Shown piece after piece: positions 8,601 through 17,604 of a stretch of 64,000 bases of DNA (positions within the stretch are counted from its first letter, which is position 1; every line of letters starts with the position of its first letter). The notes beneath the pieces were generated by a model. The model did no database searches. It was not told where the DNA came from and worked only from the letters and a program-made list of their open reading frames with translations. The position numbers were made by a program, and so were the translations under genes. Source of the stretch: an uncultured Candidatus Saccharibacteria bacterium (lineage in GTDB: Bacteria > Patescibacteriota > Doudnabacteria > UBA920); contig CAZHYL010000004.1 of assembly GCA_964536745.1 (NCBI GenBank), forward strand, positions 16,545 to 80,544, given 5' to 3'.

Positions 8601-8674
8601 GCGGCTATGGTTCAATGGTAGAACTCTTCCTTGCCAAGGAAGGGATAGGGGTTCGATTCCCCTTAGCCGCTCCA
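8601..8674 (+). tRNA. tRNA-Gly (anticodon GCC)
   Basis: Anticodon arm CTTCC-TTGCCAA-GGAAG; T-arm AGGGG-TTCGATT-CCCCT; CCA encoded. Confidence 0.85.
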
Positions 8675-8682
8675 AAGAAAGG

Positions 8683-8706
8683 ACACCACTCAGTGGTGTT
8701 TTTTCT
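8683..8706 (+). terminator. Rho-independent terminator after the tRNA cluster (ACACCACT-c-AGTGGTGT plus T-run)
   Basis: Perfect 8-bp inverted repeat plus T6. Confidence 0.7.
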
Positions 8707-8738
8707 TTTGTAAAAATAAAAAAGCCGGAAGGGTCCGG

Positions 8739-9245
8739 CTAAAACACTGTGATCATATCCGTATTGTACTGGAGCAAGAATTGCTCAACCTTGAACTCAC
8801 TCACGTACTTGGAGTCCATCCGTTTGATTTTCTCTCGAACTTCCAAAAACTTATTGTACCATGACTGTGAAGTTTCAATTTGTTCTTTAGTCCAATTGTT
8901 ATTCACCAAAAGGTCTGGATCATTCCTAATCAAGAATATCAGAAACCACAACTCATCTTTACTGGCCCGAACTTTTTTGAACTCAAAGTATGCGCGTACT
9001 AAGTCGGAGAAAGACTGCCGAGAGATCTCTGAATCCAAAGCAAAATCCGGCCTGTTAACTACCTGAAACTTTTCATGAAGTTGCTTACGAGCAGTTTGGT
9101 AATTTGAAATGAAGTTTGGCAATTCAGATGTCCAAACTTTGGCCTTATCGAAAGAGGGCAAGCTGTCATTTTGCTGTGAGTAAGCAGGACTTAAGAGCAG
9201 GCCAACTAGTAGCATTAAAAAAATGGACAGAAATATTGTTCTCAT
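8739..9245 (-). CDS. Hypothetical secreted protein
   Basis: I placed the start at the internal Met (MRTIFLSIFLMLLVGLLLSPAYSQ, a signal peptide), which is preceded by GGAGG. The ORF track starts 14 codons upstream. No recognisable domain. Confidence 0.5.
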   Translation of the reverse strand: MRTIFLSIFLMLLVGLLLSPAYSQQNDSLPSFDKAKVWTSELPNFISNYQTARKQLHEKFQVVNRPDFALDSEISRQSFSDLVRAYFEFKKVRASKDELWFLIFLIRNDPDLLVNNNWTKEQIETSQSWYNKFLEVREKIKRMDSKYVSEFKVEQFLLQYNTDMITVF

Positions 9246-9645
9246 CTTAGCCTCCGTTGAAATTGTTACCCTTACAGTACCATGCACAATTTATTTTGAA
9301 AACCCTTTAGAAATGGGGTAAATGGTATCCCTGTTCTTTCCCCAGACCAAGCCCAAAAAAAGGTGTTTTGGCTTAAATAAGCCCAAAAGTGCCAAAAACT
9401 CCTTGAAATTACTACCTAAATCTGGTAATATATCTCGGTACGGTACTGCTATTGGCAGGCTTTTTTATTTCCTGACTTTAATCCATTTAAAGCAAAAACT
9501 AGAGTAAAAAGCCTATAAATAACAGTAACCCGAAGGTCTTAAATAATCGAAATTTTCATTAAACCTCGATTGTGAAAGAAGGATTTGAAATTTATATTTC
9601 TGCCTTGGCTCACTCTCCGCGGTTAAGGAGTTGCATCCTGAATAA

Positions 9646-10302
9646 ATGAAAGCTCCCCTTACCTTAAGTTCTGCAGTCGAGAAGGCAATTGTATTATTCG
9701 CTTTCTTACCGGTAGTTAGTATGGTTTATCCAGAAACTGCCGTAGCAGCATTCTCTGCACAGAACCACGGCAACCAAGCTCTAGTTTTTCAAGTCAACTC
9801 AAAACAAAAACCTAACGGACAACCAACGCAAGACAACATAGAGGAAAATCCTACTTTGACGAATCCTTGTTATCCAGCACCGATCGATTCTTGTAACCCT
9901 GACGAAAGCCCAATGCATCTCTCAAATGTGAATGCAAAACTGGCTGTTCAGGAAAGAACAAATTCCGATTACTCTGGTATTCAATATTCCAAAGAAGAAG
10001 TTCAACAACTTATTGTAAGTTATTCTGAGCTATACGGTGTTAATCCGGAAACCCCTCTGTGTATCGCTCGTTTAGAAAGTGGTTACAACCAGTTTAGTAA
10101 GAACCGTGGTGGTTCTACTGCGAGTGGAGTCTTCCAATATCTTACCTCTACATGGAGACATACCGATGAAGGTAAAGCAGGTCATAGCGTCTTTGACGCT
10201 GAGGCTAATGTGAAAGCTGCTGTAAAATATATGGCGGTTCATAAAAGCACTAAACCATGGACTGTAAGAGGGAAGTGTCCTGCACTATCGTTCACAAAAT
10301 AA
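9646..10302 (+). CDS. Secreted transglycosylase-like (Rpf/Slt-like) domain protein
   Basis: Signal peptide. The C-terminal CIARLESGYNQFSKNRGGSTASGVFQYLTSTWRHT resembles the transglycosylase-like domain pattern (E.G....G..G.FQ...TW). Confidence 0.5.
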   Translation: MKAPLTLSSAVEKAIVLFAFLPVVSMVYPETAVAAFSAQNHGNQALVFQVNSKQKPNGQPTQDNIEENPTLTNPCYPAPIDSCNPDESPMHLSNVNAKLAVQERTNSDYSGIQYSKEEVQQLIVSYSELYGVNPETPLCIARLESGYNQFSKNRGGSTASGVFQYLTSTWRHTDEGKAGHSVFDAEANVKAAVKYMAVHKSTKPWTVRGKCPALSFTK

Positions 10303-10326
10303 TAATTACAAACTGTAATTCATAAA

Positions 10327-10352
10327 GCCCCGCCCGAATAGGGCGGGGTTTT
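10327..10352 (+). terminator. Rho-independent terminator (GCCCCGCCC gaata GGGCGGGG plus T4)
   Basis: GC-rich inverted repeat plus T-run. Confidence 0.7.
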
Positions 10353-10400
10353 ATCTTGAATAAAGTTGGTGGTTCAGCTAAAATTAGACAGTATCAAGTC

Positions 10401-10475
<75 letters not shown>

Positions 10476-10651
10476 CTGAGATACACATTCACACTTGGGC
10501 CAAGCTTGAGCAGGGCTAAGGAGTGTAACGACGAAGCCTGTTGCGAAAGCGAAGGTTAAGCGTGAATGTGAGAGGAAGACATTTGGGAGCAGATGAGCCA
10601 GCAGACTGCAAAGCAGGACTGCGGCGAATGAGCGAGCAAATGATCGGACGT

Positions 10652-10738
10652 GCCTGGGTGGCGGAACTGGTATACGCACAGGACTTAAAATCCTGGGCCA
10701 GAAATGGATTGAGGGTTCGATTCCCTCCCCAGGCACCA
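10652..10738 (+). tRNA. tRNA-Leu (anticodon TAA)
   Basis: Acceptor GCCTGGG/CCCAGGC; anticodon arm CAGGA-CTTAAAA-TCCTG; long variable arm; T-loop GGTTCGATTCC; CCA encoded. Confidence 0.85.
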
Positions 10739-10784
10739 ATAAAAGAACAGCACGATAAGTGATGTTCTTTTATTTATGTTTATA

Positions 10785-10948
10785 TAGAGGGAATCGAAAA
10801 GAGCGGTTCGCCGAAGGCGAAACTTGATGCGACTGTTTGGAGCATCAAGTAGCGGCGGGGTCGCGTTAGGCGTCATCCGAAACGACTGAAAGGAGTTGAG
10901 GATAGACGTGGGCGACCGATTCCCATGCCAGCAAAGCTGGCATTTTTT
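10785..10948 (+). ncRNA. Candidate structured small RNA of unknown family, GC-rich, multi-hairpin, with its own terminator
   Basis: Closing helix GGGAATCG (10789-96) with CGATTCCC (10917-24). Internal hairpins GTTCGCC-GAA-GGCGAAC, CTTGATGC..GCATCAAG and GGTCGC..GCGACC. Intrinsic terminator ATGCCAGC-AAA-GCTGGCAT plus T6 at 10925-48. No credible ORF. GC content is far above the flanks. Confidence 0.4.
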
Positions 10949-11013
10949 GCAACCCCATACAAAAAACCGAGTAATGGCAAGGCACGGATGAACCCCCAAG
11001 CACCATTTTAAAA

Positions 11014-11038
11014 ACACCCCAAGTTGGGGTGTTTTTTA
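11014..11038. terminator. Bidirectional terminator (ACACCCCA-agt-TGGGGTGT flanked by A-run and T-run) at the rpsA 3' end
   Basis: Read from sequence. Confidence 0.65.
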
Positions 11039-11039
11039 T

Positions 11040-12293
11040 TTACTTAGCCTTTTCTTCTGCTGGAACTTCTTCCTTCGCTTCTTCTGTAGCAGTCTCAACT
11101 ACTTCTTCGACTTTTGCTTCAACTTCTGCTTTTTTTGGAGCTTCAGTAAGTTGTTTAATAGATAGACCTAAACGATGTTCAGACGGTTCAATTGAAATAA
11201 CCTTAAACTCATATTCTTGACCTTCTTTAACAACTTCATTGGCATCTTTTACTTCATCATGAGACAACTCTCCTAAATGAGCCAATCCTTGTATGTCCTG
11301 ATCTAATTCTACAAACACACCAAATGGCATGATCTTTGAAACTTTACCTTTAACAACCTGACCAAGCTGGTATTTCTTCACAGACTCCTGCCATGGATCA
11401 TTTTGGAGTTGTTTGATAGACAAGGAAACACGTCCTTTTTCTATAGCAATAACTTTAGCTTGGACTGTATCGCCGACTTTGAATAAGTCTTTTGGATTTT
11501 CAATTCTTTGCCACGCAAGTTCACTAATATGAACCAAACCTTCTAATTCACCAAATTTTACAAAGACACCAAAGTCTACAATACCAGTAATCTGACCAGT
11601 AACTAAATCACCGATCTTCAAAGCAGATAGATTCTTTTGAAGATCTTCTTCGAAGACTGCCTTTTCAGAAACAATCAACTTTTCTTCTTCACTATCAGCA
11701 GTAATTACTTGGACATTAAAATGCTGCCCTACATAACTATTTAAGATTCCTAAAATACGATTCTTGTCACCTTCTTCAACACGAGGGTAGTGTTCGATAG
11801 ATAATTGTGAAACCGGCAAGAAACCAACAACATTGTTAATTTCAATCATCAAGCCACCTTTGTTAGCAGACAAAATTTTTGTTGCAACAACTTCTTTGCT
11901 TTCCATAAGCTCGCGTAATTTTTGCCATACACGTTCATGACCAGCCTGACGAAGAGACAATTCAACATTACCTTCACGGTTTTCTGTTTCAACAACAGAA
12001 GCCTCAATAGTATCACCAGGCTTAAGTGAGTTAAGAGTGGCTTGATCATCATAAAGTTCACGACCACGAACCACACCAACTCCGTAACCAGCCAAGTTTA
12101 AGAACACTTCGTTCTTGGTTACAGAAATAATTGTGCCCTCTACCATATCACCTGGTTTTAGCACGCGAATTTCAGCACCGCTAGCAATAAGGTCGTTCAT
12201 GGTTTGTGCACTGGAGTCTCCAGTTACACTAGAAGGAACAACTTGCTCACCAACAGGTTCGCCAGCTGGCGAATGGATATTTTCTTCTGACAT
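11040..12293 (-). CDS. rpsA: 30S ribosomal protein S1
   Basis: Four tandem S1 domains (repeating GxxV.G.V..I...G.FV.L motifs) and an acidic Lys/Glu-rich C-terminal tail. 417 aa. Confidence 0.9.
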   Translation of the reverse strand: MSEENIHSPAGEPVGEQVVPSSVTGDSSAQTMNDLIASGAEIRVLKPGDMVEGTIISVTKNEVFLNLAGYGVGVVRGRELYDDQATLNSLKPGDTIEASVVETENREGNVELSLRQAGHERVWQKLRELMESKEVVATKILSANKGGLMIEINNVVGFLPVSQLSIEHYPRVEEGDKNRILGILNSYVGQHFNVQVITADSEEEKLIVSEKAVFEEDLQKNLSALKIGDLVTGQITGIVDFGVFVKFGELEGLVHISELAWQRIENPKDLFKVGDTVQAKVIAIEKGRVSLSIKQLQNDPWQESVKKYQLGQVVKGKVSKIMPFGVFVELDQDIQGLAHLGELSHDEVKDANEVVKEGQEYEFKVISIEPSEHRLGLSIKQLTEAPKKAEVEAKVEEVVETATEEAKEEVPAEEKAK

Positions 12294-12502
12294 TAATTAA
12301 TACTTTCCTAATATACAAATAAAAAACAACGTCTAGACGTTGAGTGAATATCTAAAAACGATTCTTGTATATTAATTATTAAACACGCCAATTACTTAGA
12401 CCTACCGGAGGTTAAAAATTAGATAAAGGCGTGTACGCCGGTAAGTAGGGGAATTATAGCCGAAACCTTAGGTTTTGTAAAGGTTTTTTAGATAATTATT
12501 GG

Positions 12503-12531
12503 TTGTAGAATCGCCACATTTTTGCTATAAT
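12503..12531 (+). promoter_or_regulatory. Promoter TTGTAG, 17 nt spacer, TGcTATAAT (extended -10). The -10 ends 6 nt before the ATG, so the transcript is likely leaderless.
   Basis: Read from sequence. Confidence 0.5.
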
Positions 12532-12537
12532 TTCTGT

Positions 12538-13167
12538 ATGCAAATTCAATATTTCGGCCTTTCTAGCTTCAAAATAACCACAAAAGAAGCCACAATTATT
12601 ACTGACCCATTCGACAAAGAATCTGGCCTAACCCCTCCAAGAGGAGCTGCGGATATTCTGATTCTCGCCGAAAAAAATAACAAGCTCTATAATGCCACAT
12701 CTGGTATCTCGGGGGAGCCTTTTTTAATTAACGACCCAGGGGAATATGATCTAAAAGGTGTTACAGTAACTGGAATCCCACTCAAACAAGATGAGGGCAG
12801 GTTCGTAACTGTCTTTCTTATCGAAAGCGAAGATATCTCTATTTTAAACTTAACCCATATTCGCGAATGGAATATCGATCATGATGATCTTGAAGACTTG
12901 GGCGAAATAGATATTCTTTTATTACCAGTTGGTAGCAACAGTGTTCTAACTCCAAAGCTCGCTTCTCAGATCGCTCACGACATAGAACCAAAAATTGTGA
13001 TCCCTTCGCACTACGAAACTAGCGGGTTGAAATTACCAAATGAAAAAGTTGAAGTCTTTGTTAAACAGTTTGGTGGTAAAGCAGAAGAAATGGAAAAGTT
13101 AACTGTTAAGAAAAAAGATTTAGTTGAAGAAAAAACTCAAATTATCACATTACAACCTCTAAGATAA
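12538..13167 (+). CDS. MBL-fold metal-dependent hydrolase (UPF0173-like)
   Basis: MQIQYFGLSSFKITTKEATIITDPF... is a typical N-terminus for this family. I moved the start to ATG 12538, beside the promoter. Confidence 0.5.
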   Translation: MQIQYFGLSSFKITTKEATIITDPFDKESGLTPPRGAADILILAEKNNKLYNATSGISGEPFLINDPGEYDLKGVTVTGIPLKQDEGRFVTVFLIESEDISILNLTHIREWNIDHDDLEDLGEIDILLLPVGSNSVLTPKLASQIAHDIEPKIVIPSHYETSGLKLPNEKVEVFVKQFGGKAEEMEKLTVKKKDLVEEKTQIITLQPLR

Positions 13168-13169
13168 AG

Positions 13170-13388
13170 ATGAAAGATATTATTTCTAAAATAAGACGGA
13201 AGCCTCACGACCAAAAATCGAAAATTGTTTGGATGGCGGCAGGAATAATTACAGTTATTTTGTTAATTGCTTGGGCAATAATCGGAATCCCTAAACGAAA
13301 TTCCGATGGAGGACAAGTAATTAATGATTTCACTAAAGAAATTGAAAGTAGTAAAGACACAATCCCTAATCTCCTTAAACAAGAATAA
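13170..13388 (+). CDS. Small single-TM membrane protein, hypothetical
   Basis: One hydrophobic helix (WMAAGIITVILLIAWAIIGI). Tightly packed between the MBL gene and gyrA. Confidence 0.4.
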   Translation: MKDIISKIRRKPHDQKSKIVWMAAGIITVILLIAWAIIGIPKRNSDGGQVINDFTKEIESSKDTIPNLLKQE

Positions 13389-13390
13389 TT

Positions 13391-15862
13391 ATGGCCAAGG
13401 ACAACACAACCACATCACATCCAGATAATGTTGGTGTAATCAAACAACGTTTCCTAGAACAGGAAATGCAAGAATCATATCTAGATTACGCGATGAGCGT
13501 AATTGTTCAACGTGCCCTTCCAGATGTCCGCGATGGACTTAAGCCAGTTCACCGCAGAATCTTATATGCCATGCACGCGATGGGTCTACGAAGTGGGGGT
13601 AAGACCACAAAATCTGCAAAAGTCGTCGGTGAAGTTTTAGGAAAGTTCCACCCTCATGGCGATACTGCTGTATACGACTCCATGGTTCACATGGCACAAG
13701 AGTTTTCTATGCGCTATCCGCTGGTAATTGGTCAGGGAAACTTTGGTTCTATGGATGGTGACAACCCTGCAGCTATGCGTTATACCGAAGCCAAGATGAG
13801 CGCCTTTGCAGAAGCTATTTTGGAAGATATCGATAAAGACACTGTGGATTGGCGAGATAACTACGATACTACCGAAAAAGAGCCTTCTGTTCTACCAGGT
13901 AAACTGCCTAACTTACTACTTAACGGCACTTTGGGTATTGCTGTGGGTATGGCAACAGACATCCCGCCACACAACCTAACCGAAGTTGCTAATGCAATTA
14001 TTGCTGTAATTGAAAATGAAGACGTCACTATTGATGAACTCACCGATATAGTCCAAGGTCCAGATTTTCCTACTGGTGGTATTATCTATGATAGAAAAGC
14101 CATCAAAGAAGCTTACATGAGTGGTAAGGGTGGGATTGTTACTCGAGGTAAAACCGAAATAGAAGAAATGAATAACGGTTCTTACAGAATTCTTATCAAT
14201 GAAATTCCTTACCGTGTGAACAAAGCTACCTTATTAGAAAAAATTGCCTTATTGGTTCAAGAGAAAAAGATTGAAGGAATAAAAGATGTCCGCGACGAAA
14301 GCGACAAAGATGGAGTGCGGGTTGTTATTGAACTTAAAAAGGGAGCTCTAGCTAACAAAATTTTGAACCAGCTCTATAAATTTACTCAACTCCAAGATAC
14401 CTTCCACATGAACACCTTGGCATTGGTTGATGGTATTGAACCACACGTACTTAATCTAAAAACGATTCTAGAAAAGTATATCGAACATCGCCAAATTGTT
14501 GTTCGTCGTCGTACTGAATTCGAATTACGCAAAGCCCAAGAAAGAGCTCACGTATTAGAAGGGTTAAAAATTGCGCTAGATAATATTGATGCTGTAATCA
14601 AAACAATCAGAGCTAGTAAGGATCGTTTAGAAGCTCATGCTAATTTAATTAAGAAGTTTAAGCTTACCGATATCCAAACCAATGCGATTTTGGATATGAG
14701 ACTTCAAACCTTAGCTGGACTAGAACGCAAAAAGATTGAAGATGAATTAGCAGAAAAGCTAAAACTGATCGCTGAATTAGAAAGTATTCTAAAATCTACC
14801 AAGAAAATTTTAGGCATCATTAAAGATGAAGTAACAGAACTAAGAGATAAATTTGGTGATGAACGACGCACCCAAATAGTTGCCCAAGGAATTGGCGACT
14901 TCAAGGCTGAAGACTTAATCCCAGAAGACAATGTGATTATTTCCACAACTAAGTCTGGATACATTAAACGTCAATCACCAGACACCTACAGACAACAGTC
15001 TCGTGGTGGTAAGGGTGTTATTGGCCAGTCTTTGAAAGAAGAGGATGTAGTAGACCAAGTACTTTCTGCTTCTACCCACGATGATGTAATGTTCTTCACC
15101 AATAAAGGGCGTGTCCTAGTAACAAAGGCCTACGAACTTCCAGAGAGCTCTAGAACCAGTAAAGGACAAGCTTTGGTAAACTTCCTTCAGCTTGCTCCAG
15201 AAGAGTTCGCCACTGCTGTACTAGCAGTCTCTAAAAATAGCGATGCTAACTTTATTGTGATGGCTACCAGAAATGGTCTTATCAAAAAGGTTAAAAAAGA
15301 TGAATTTGCCAAAGTACGTAAATCAGGAATCATTGCTTTAAATCTTAAAGGTGATGATGAACTACGCTGGGTTAATGTCAGTTCTGGTGAGGATGAGATT
15401 ATGCTTTCTACTGAAGATGGCCAAGCAATTCGTTTTAAAGAAAGTGATGTAAGAGCTATGGGCCGCTTAGCTGCTGGTGTTGGTGGAATCAGACTTAAAA
15501 AGGGTGATCATGTAATTTCAATGGATATTATTACAAAAGCAATGAGTGGTAGCGATCGTGATGTCCTTGTGATCACCGAGAATGGTTTGGGTAAGAAGAC
15601 TCCAATAAAAGATTATAAAACTCAAAAACGAGCTGGTAGTGGAATTAAAACTGTGAAGATCACAGCCAAAACCGGTAAAATTGTTTCAATGTGCATCCTA
15701 GACAAGAGTGATGAAGAAAAAGATCTTCTCTTAATCTCTAAGCAAGGACAAACTATTAGAACCCCACTAAAGACTATCTCTACACTTGGTAGGGCAACTC
15801 AAGGGGTGAGAGTGATGAAACTAAATAATGATGATACTGTTGCCAGCGCAACCGTAGTATAA
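13391..15862 (+). CDS. gyrA: DNA gyrase subunit A
   Basis: [33 protein letters not shown] and the active-site Tyr region; C-terminal beta-pinwheel repeats; 823 aa. Confidence 0.95.
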   Translation: MAKDNTTTSHPDNVGVIKQRFLEQEMQESYLDYAMSVIVQRALPDVRDGLKPVHRRILYAMHAMGLRSGGKTTKSAKVVGEVLGKFHPHGDTAVYDSMVHMAQEFSMRYPLVIGQGNFGSMDGDNPAAMRYTEAKMSAFAEAILEDIDKDTVDWRDNYDTTEKEPSVLPGKLPNLLLNGTLGIAVGMATDIPPHNLTEVANAIIAVIENEDVTIDELTDIVQGPDFPTGGIIYDRKAIKEAYMSGKGGIVTRGKTEIEEMNNGSYRILINEIPYRVNKATLLEKIALLVQEKKIEGIKDVRDESDKDGVRVVIELKKGALANKILNQLYKFTQLQDTFHMNTLALVDGIEPHVLNLKTILEKYIEHRQIVVRRRTEFELRKAQERAHVLEGLKIALDNIDAVIKTIRASKDRLEAHANLIKKFKLTDIQTNAILDMRLQTLAGLERKKIEDELAEKLKLIAELESILKSTKKILGIIKDEVTELRDKFGDERRTQIVAQGIGDFKAEDLIPEDNVIISTTKSGYIKRQSPDTYRQQSRGGKGVIGQSLKEEDVVDQVLSASTHDDVMFFTNKGRVLVTKAYELPESSRTSKGQALVNFLQLAPEEFATAVLAVSKNSDANFIVMATRNGLIKKVKKDEFAKVRKSGIIALNLKGDDELRWVNVSSGEDEIMLSTEDGQAIRFKESDVRAMGRLAAGVGGIRLKKGDHVISMDIITKAMSGSDRDVLVITENGLGKKTPIKDYKTQKRAGSGIKTVKITAKTGKIVSMCILDKSDEEKDLLLISKQGQTIRTPLKTISTLGRATQGVRVMKLNNDDTVASATVV

Positions 15863-15894
15863 ATAAAAAACGAGTCCTGTGTGGACTCGTTTTC
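15863..15894. terminator. Bidirectional terminator (AACGAGTCC-tgtgt-GGACTCGTT)
   Basis: 9-bp inverted repeat between convergent genes. Confidence 0.6.
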
Positions 15895-15896
15895 GA

Positions 15897-17099
15897 TTAT
15901 AAAATTTCGGCTTCTACAAACTCCGTTGCTTGTTCCTCAAATTGATCTGCAACTTCTCTGTCGAGATTAACATGAACACGATAAGTGGTCGGCAAAGTTG
16001 CGCTGTTAGATGAATTAAAGGTTGAGGCTAATAACTCCTCAACGGTTGTATCTCCAGAATACCAAGAAACTGGCAAGTTGATTCTTCTTTCCATCTTATC
16101 TGGCCCAGCATAGATCGTAACCTGAGATGTTTGCAACTTGTTCCTACGAGCAAACTCAAGCCCTAAACTAATTCTAGACTCAAAGTCACCAGAAAAAGCT
16201 TTCAGTCTATCTGAAGGTTCTGTGGTAGTGATATTAACCACTTGCTTAAACCAATCCCAATTCTGAATCTTTCTCATGAGATCAGGACTTGCATCCAGCA
16301 AGAGCCGCACCATTTCCGAGTCTGATTTGTAGAAATCATTTTTCGTTAAAGTGCCGACCTGATACGCGTCCCACGCTGCTTGGAATATCATCGTGGCGAC
16401 AACCAAATGAGGAGCAGTGTAGATCTCTTCATAAACATTACGCCGCAATTCTTTCCACCCATTTATCCAATGCGGAAGATTTACATTTCCCCCCAGACTC
16501 CAGCAGTCGTCCCATTTAAAACATTTAGCGATGTTAGAAGGGGTGATCCTTTCTGGACCATACAGAGAGCCTGTACACCAAGCGTATCGATAGATGTTGT
16601 CTAGATTGTCTACATCCATATCGCCATGAATGATGTCAGAAAATGGCTTCATCCTCCCCCTAATCATTTTGACTACATCCATAGGCTCAACACCAATATT
16701 TATCAAGGCTTTCTTGGTAGAATACCCGATTGGATGATCAAGAAGTACCTCGAGAAAACTTTCTCCATCATGTCCAATTGCTTGCTTCATCAATCTTTCG
16801 ATTAAGTGTGCAAAAGGAGAATTTCCCCAATCGTGCATTAGTGCAGAAGAAAGAATCAATCTTTTTTCATCTTCGGTAAGATACAGATTGCTGTTACAAA
16901 CAAGTAACGCCAACCTCATTGCCCCAACTCCATGGTGAAATCTACTTGGGAGACTACCACTTACCCTAAATTGATTAACGACTGTGCCCATTGTAATATC
17001 TCGAGCTCTCACCGCAAGCTCGGTATGGAAAAGTGGTTTAATAAACTCGGGAATTTCAAAAGTTCCATATATTGGATCTTTATACCAAAATTTTGTCAT
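15897..17099 (-). CDS. HD-domain phosphohydrolase (dNTP triphosphohydrolase/dGTPase-like)
   Basis: RFHHGVGAMRLA...LMHDWGNSPFAHLIE gives the H..HD..(P)F.H metal-binding signature of the dGTPase-like HD family. I chose the start at the internal Met preceded by GGGAGGAAGT; the ORF track starts 20 codons upstream. Confidence 0.55.
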   Translation of the reverse strand: MTKFWYKDPIYGTFEIPEFIKPLFHTELAVRARDITMGTVVNQFRVSGSLPSRFHHGVGAMRLALLVCNSNLYLTEDEKRLILSSALMHDWGNSPFAHLIERLMKQAIGHDGESFLEVLLDHPIGYSTKKALINIGVEPMDVVKMIRGRMKPFSDIIHGDMDVDNLDNIYRYAWCTGSLYGPERITPSNIAKCFKWDDCWSLGGNVNLPHWINGWKELRRNVYEEIYTAPHLVVATMIFQAAWDAYQVGTLTKNDFYKSDSEMVRLLLDASPDLMRKIQNWDWFKQVVNITTTEPSDRLKAFSGDFESRISLGLEFARRNKLQTSQVTIYAGPDKMERRINLPVSWYSGDTTVEELLASTFNSSNSATLPTTYRVHVNLDREVADQFEEQATEFVEAEIL

Positions 17100-17217
17100 A
17101 ACTTCCTCCCTAATCTTTGAAATACCGTTCATACTATCATGCCATATTTCACAGGTCAAACAGGCTATTGATGCTAAAAGTATTCTTCTCTATAATATAT
17201 AAGAATTCTATAAATAG

Positions 17218-17294
17218 GGGTGTGTAGCTCAGTTGGTTAGAGCACAAAGCTTATACCTTTGCGGTCCATGGTTCGAGTCCATGCACACCCACCA
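17218..17294 (+). tRNA. tRNA-Ile with genomic anticodon TAT (UAU)
   Basis: Acceptor GGGTGTG/CACACCC is perfect. D-arm GCTC-AGTTGGTTA-GAGC; anticodon arm CAAAG-CTTATAC-CTTTG; T-arm CATGG-TTCGAGT-CCATG; CCA encoded. Confidence 0.75.
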
Positions 17295-17334
17295 CCAAAC
17301 GCACTCAAACATATTTTCAATATAATTAACAATT

Positions 17335-17604
17335 ATGACCCCAGAAAGACAACAAGAAATATTTGAAGACAAGTATCAAGGAAAGCTTGGTATTTCATAT
17401 GATGAATGGCTTGAAAGTGCACCAGAAACAGAAGATCAAGCTTACGAGAAATTAGAAGAAATTGATACTGAATTAAAGCAAATTGTAGATATACTTGCTA
17501 ACACACCGCCCGAAGAAAAAGATGAATTAGAAGATGAACGTGACCGTCTTAAATTAGAATATGATCTCATAGAAGAAATGTTTGGTTTAGAATTAGAACA
17601 CTAA
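17335..17604 (+). CDS. Hypothetical acidic protein
   Basis: Glu/Asp-rich and probably helical. Its stop overlaps the rsmI start. Confidence 0.4.
   Translation: MTPERQQEIFEDKYQGKLGISYDEWLESAPETEDQAYEKLEEIDTELKQIVDILANTPPEEKDELEDERDRLKLEYDLIEEMFGLELEH

Noticed and set aside
9322-9507. 61-aa ORF in the promoter region upstream of the transglycosylase-like gene
   Set aside because: No RBS, a Lys-rich low-complexity product, and it lies in an obvious intergenic regulatory region.
10476-10950. tmRNA, RNase P RNA or SRP RNA identity for the GC-rich tRNA-adjacent RNAs
   Set aside because: There is no tRNA-like 3' domain, no tag-peptide frame ending in ..AA-stop, no P4 AGGAAAGUCC motif, and no GGAA/AGCAGCC domain IV arrangement. 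They remain family-unassigned.
11029-12300. Plus-strand ORFs 11029..11220 and 12115..12300, and minus-strand ORF 11849..12079
   Set aside because: They are antisense to, or in an alternative frame within, rpsA, which carries four clear S1 domains on the minus strand.
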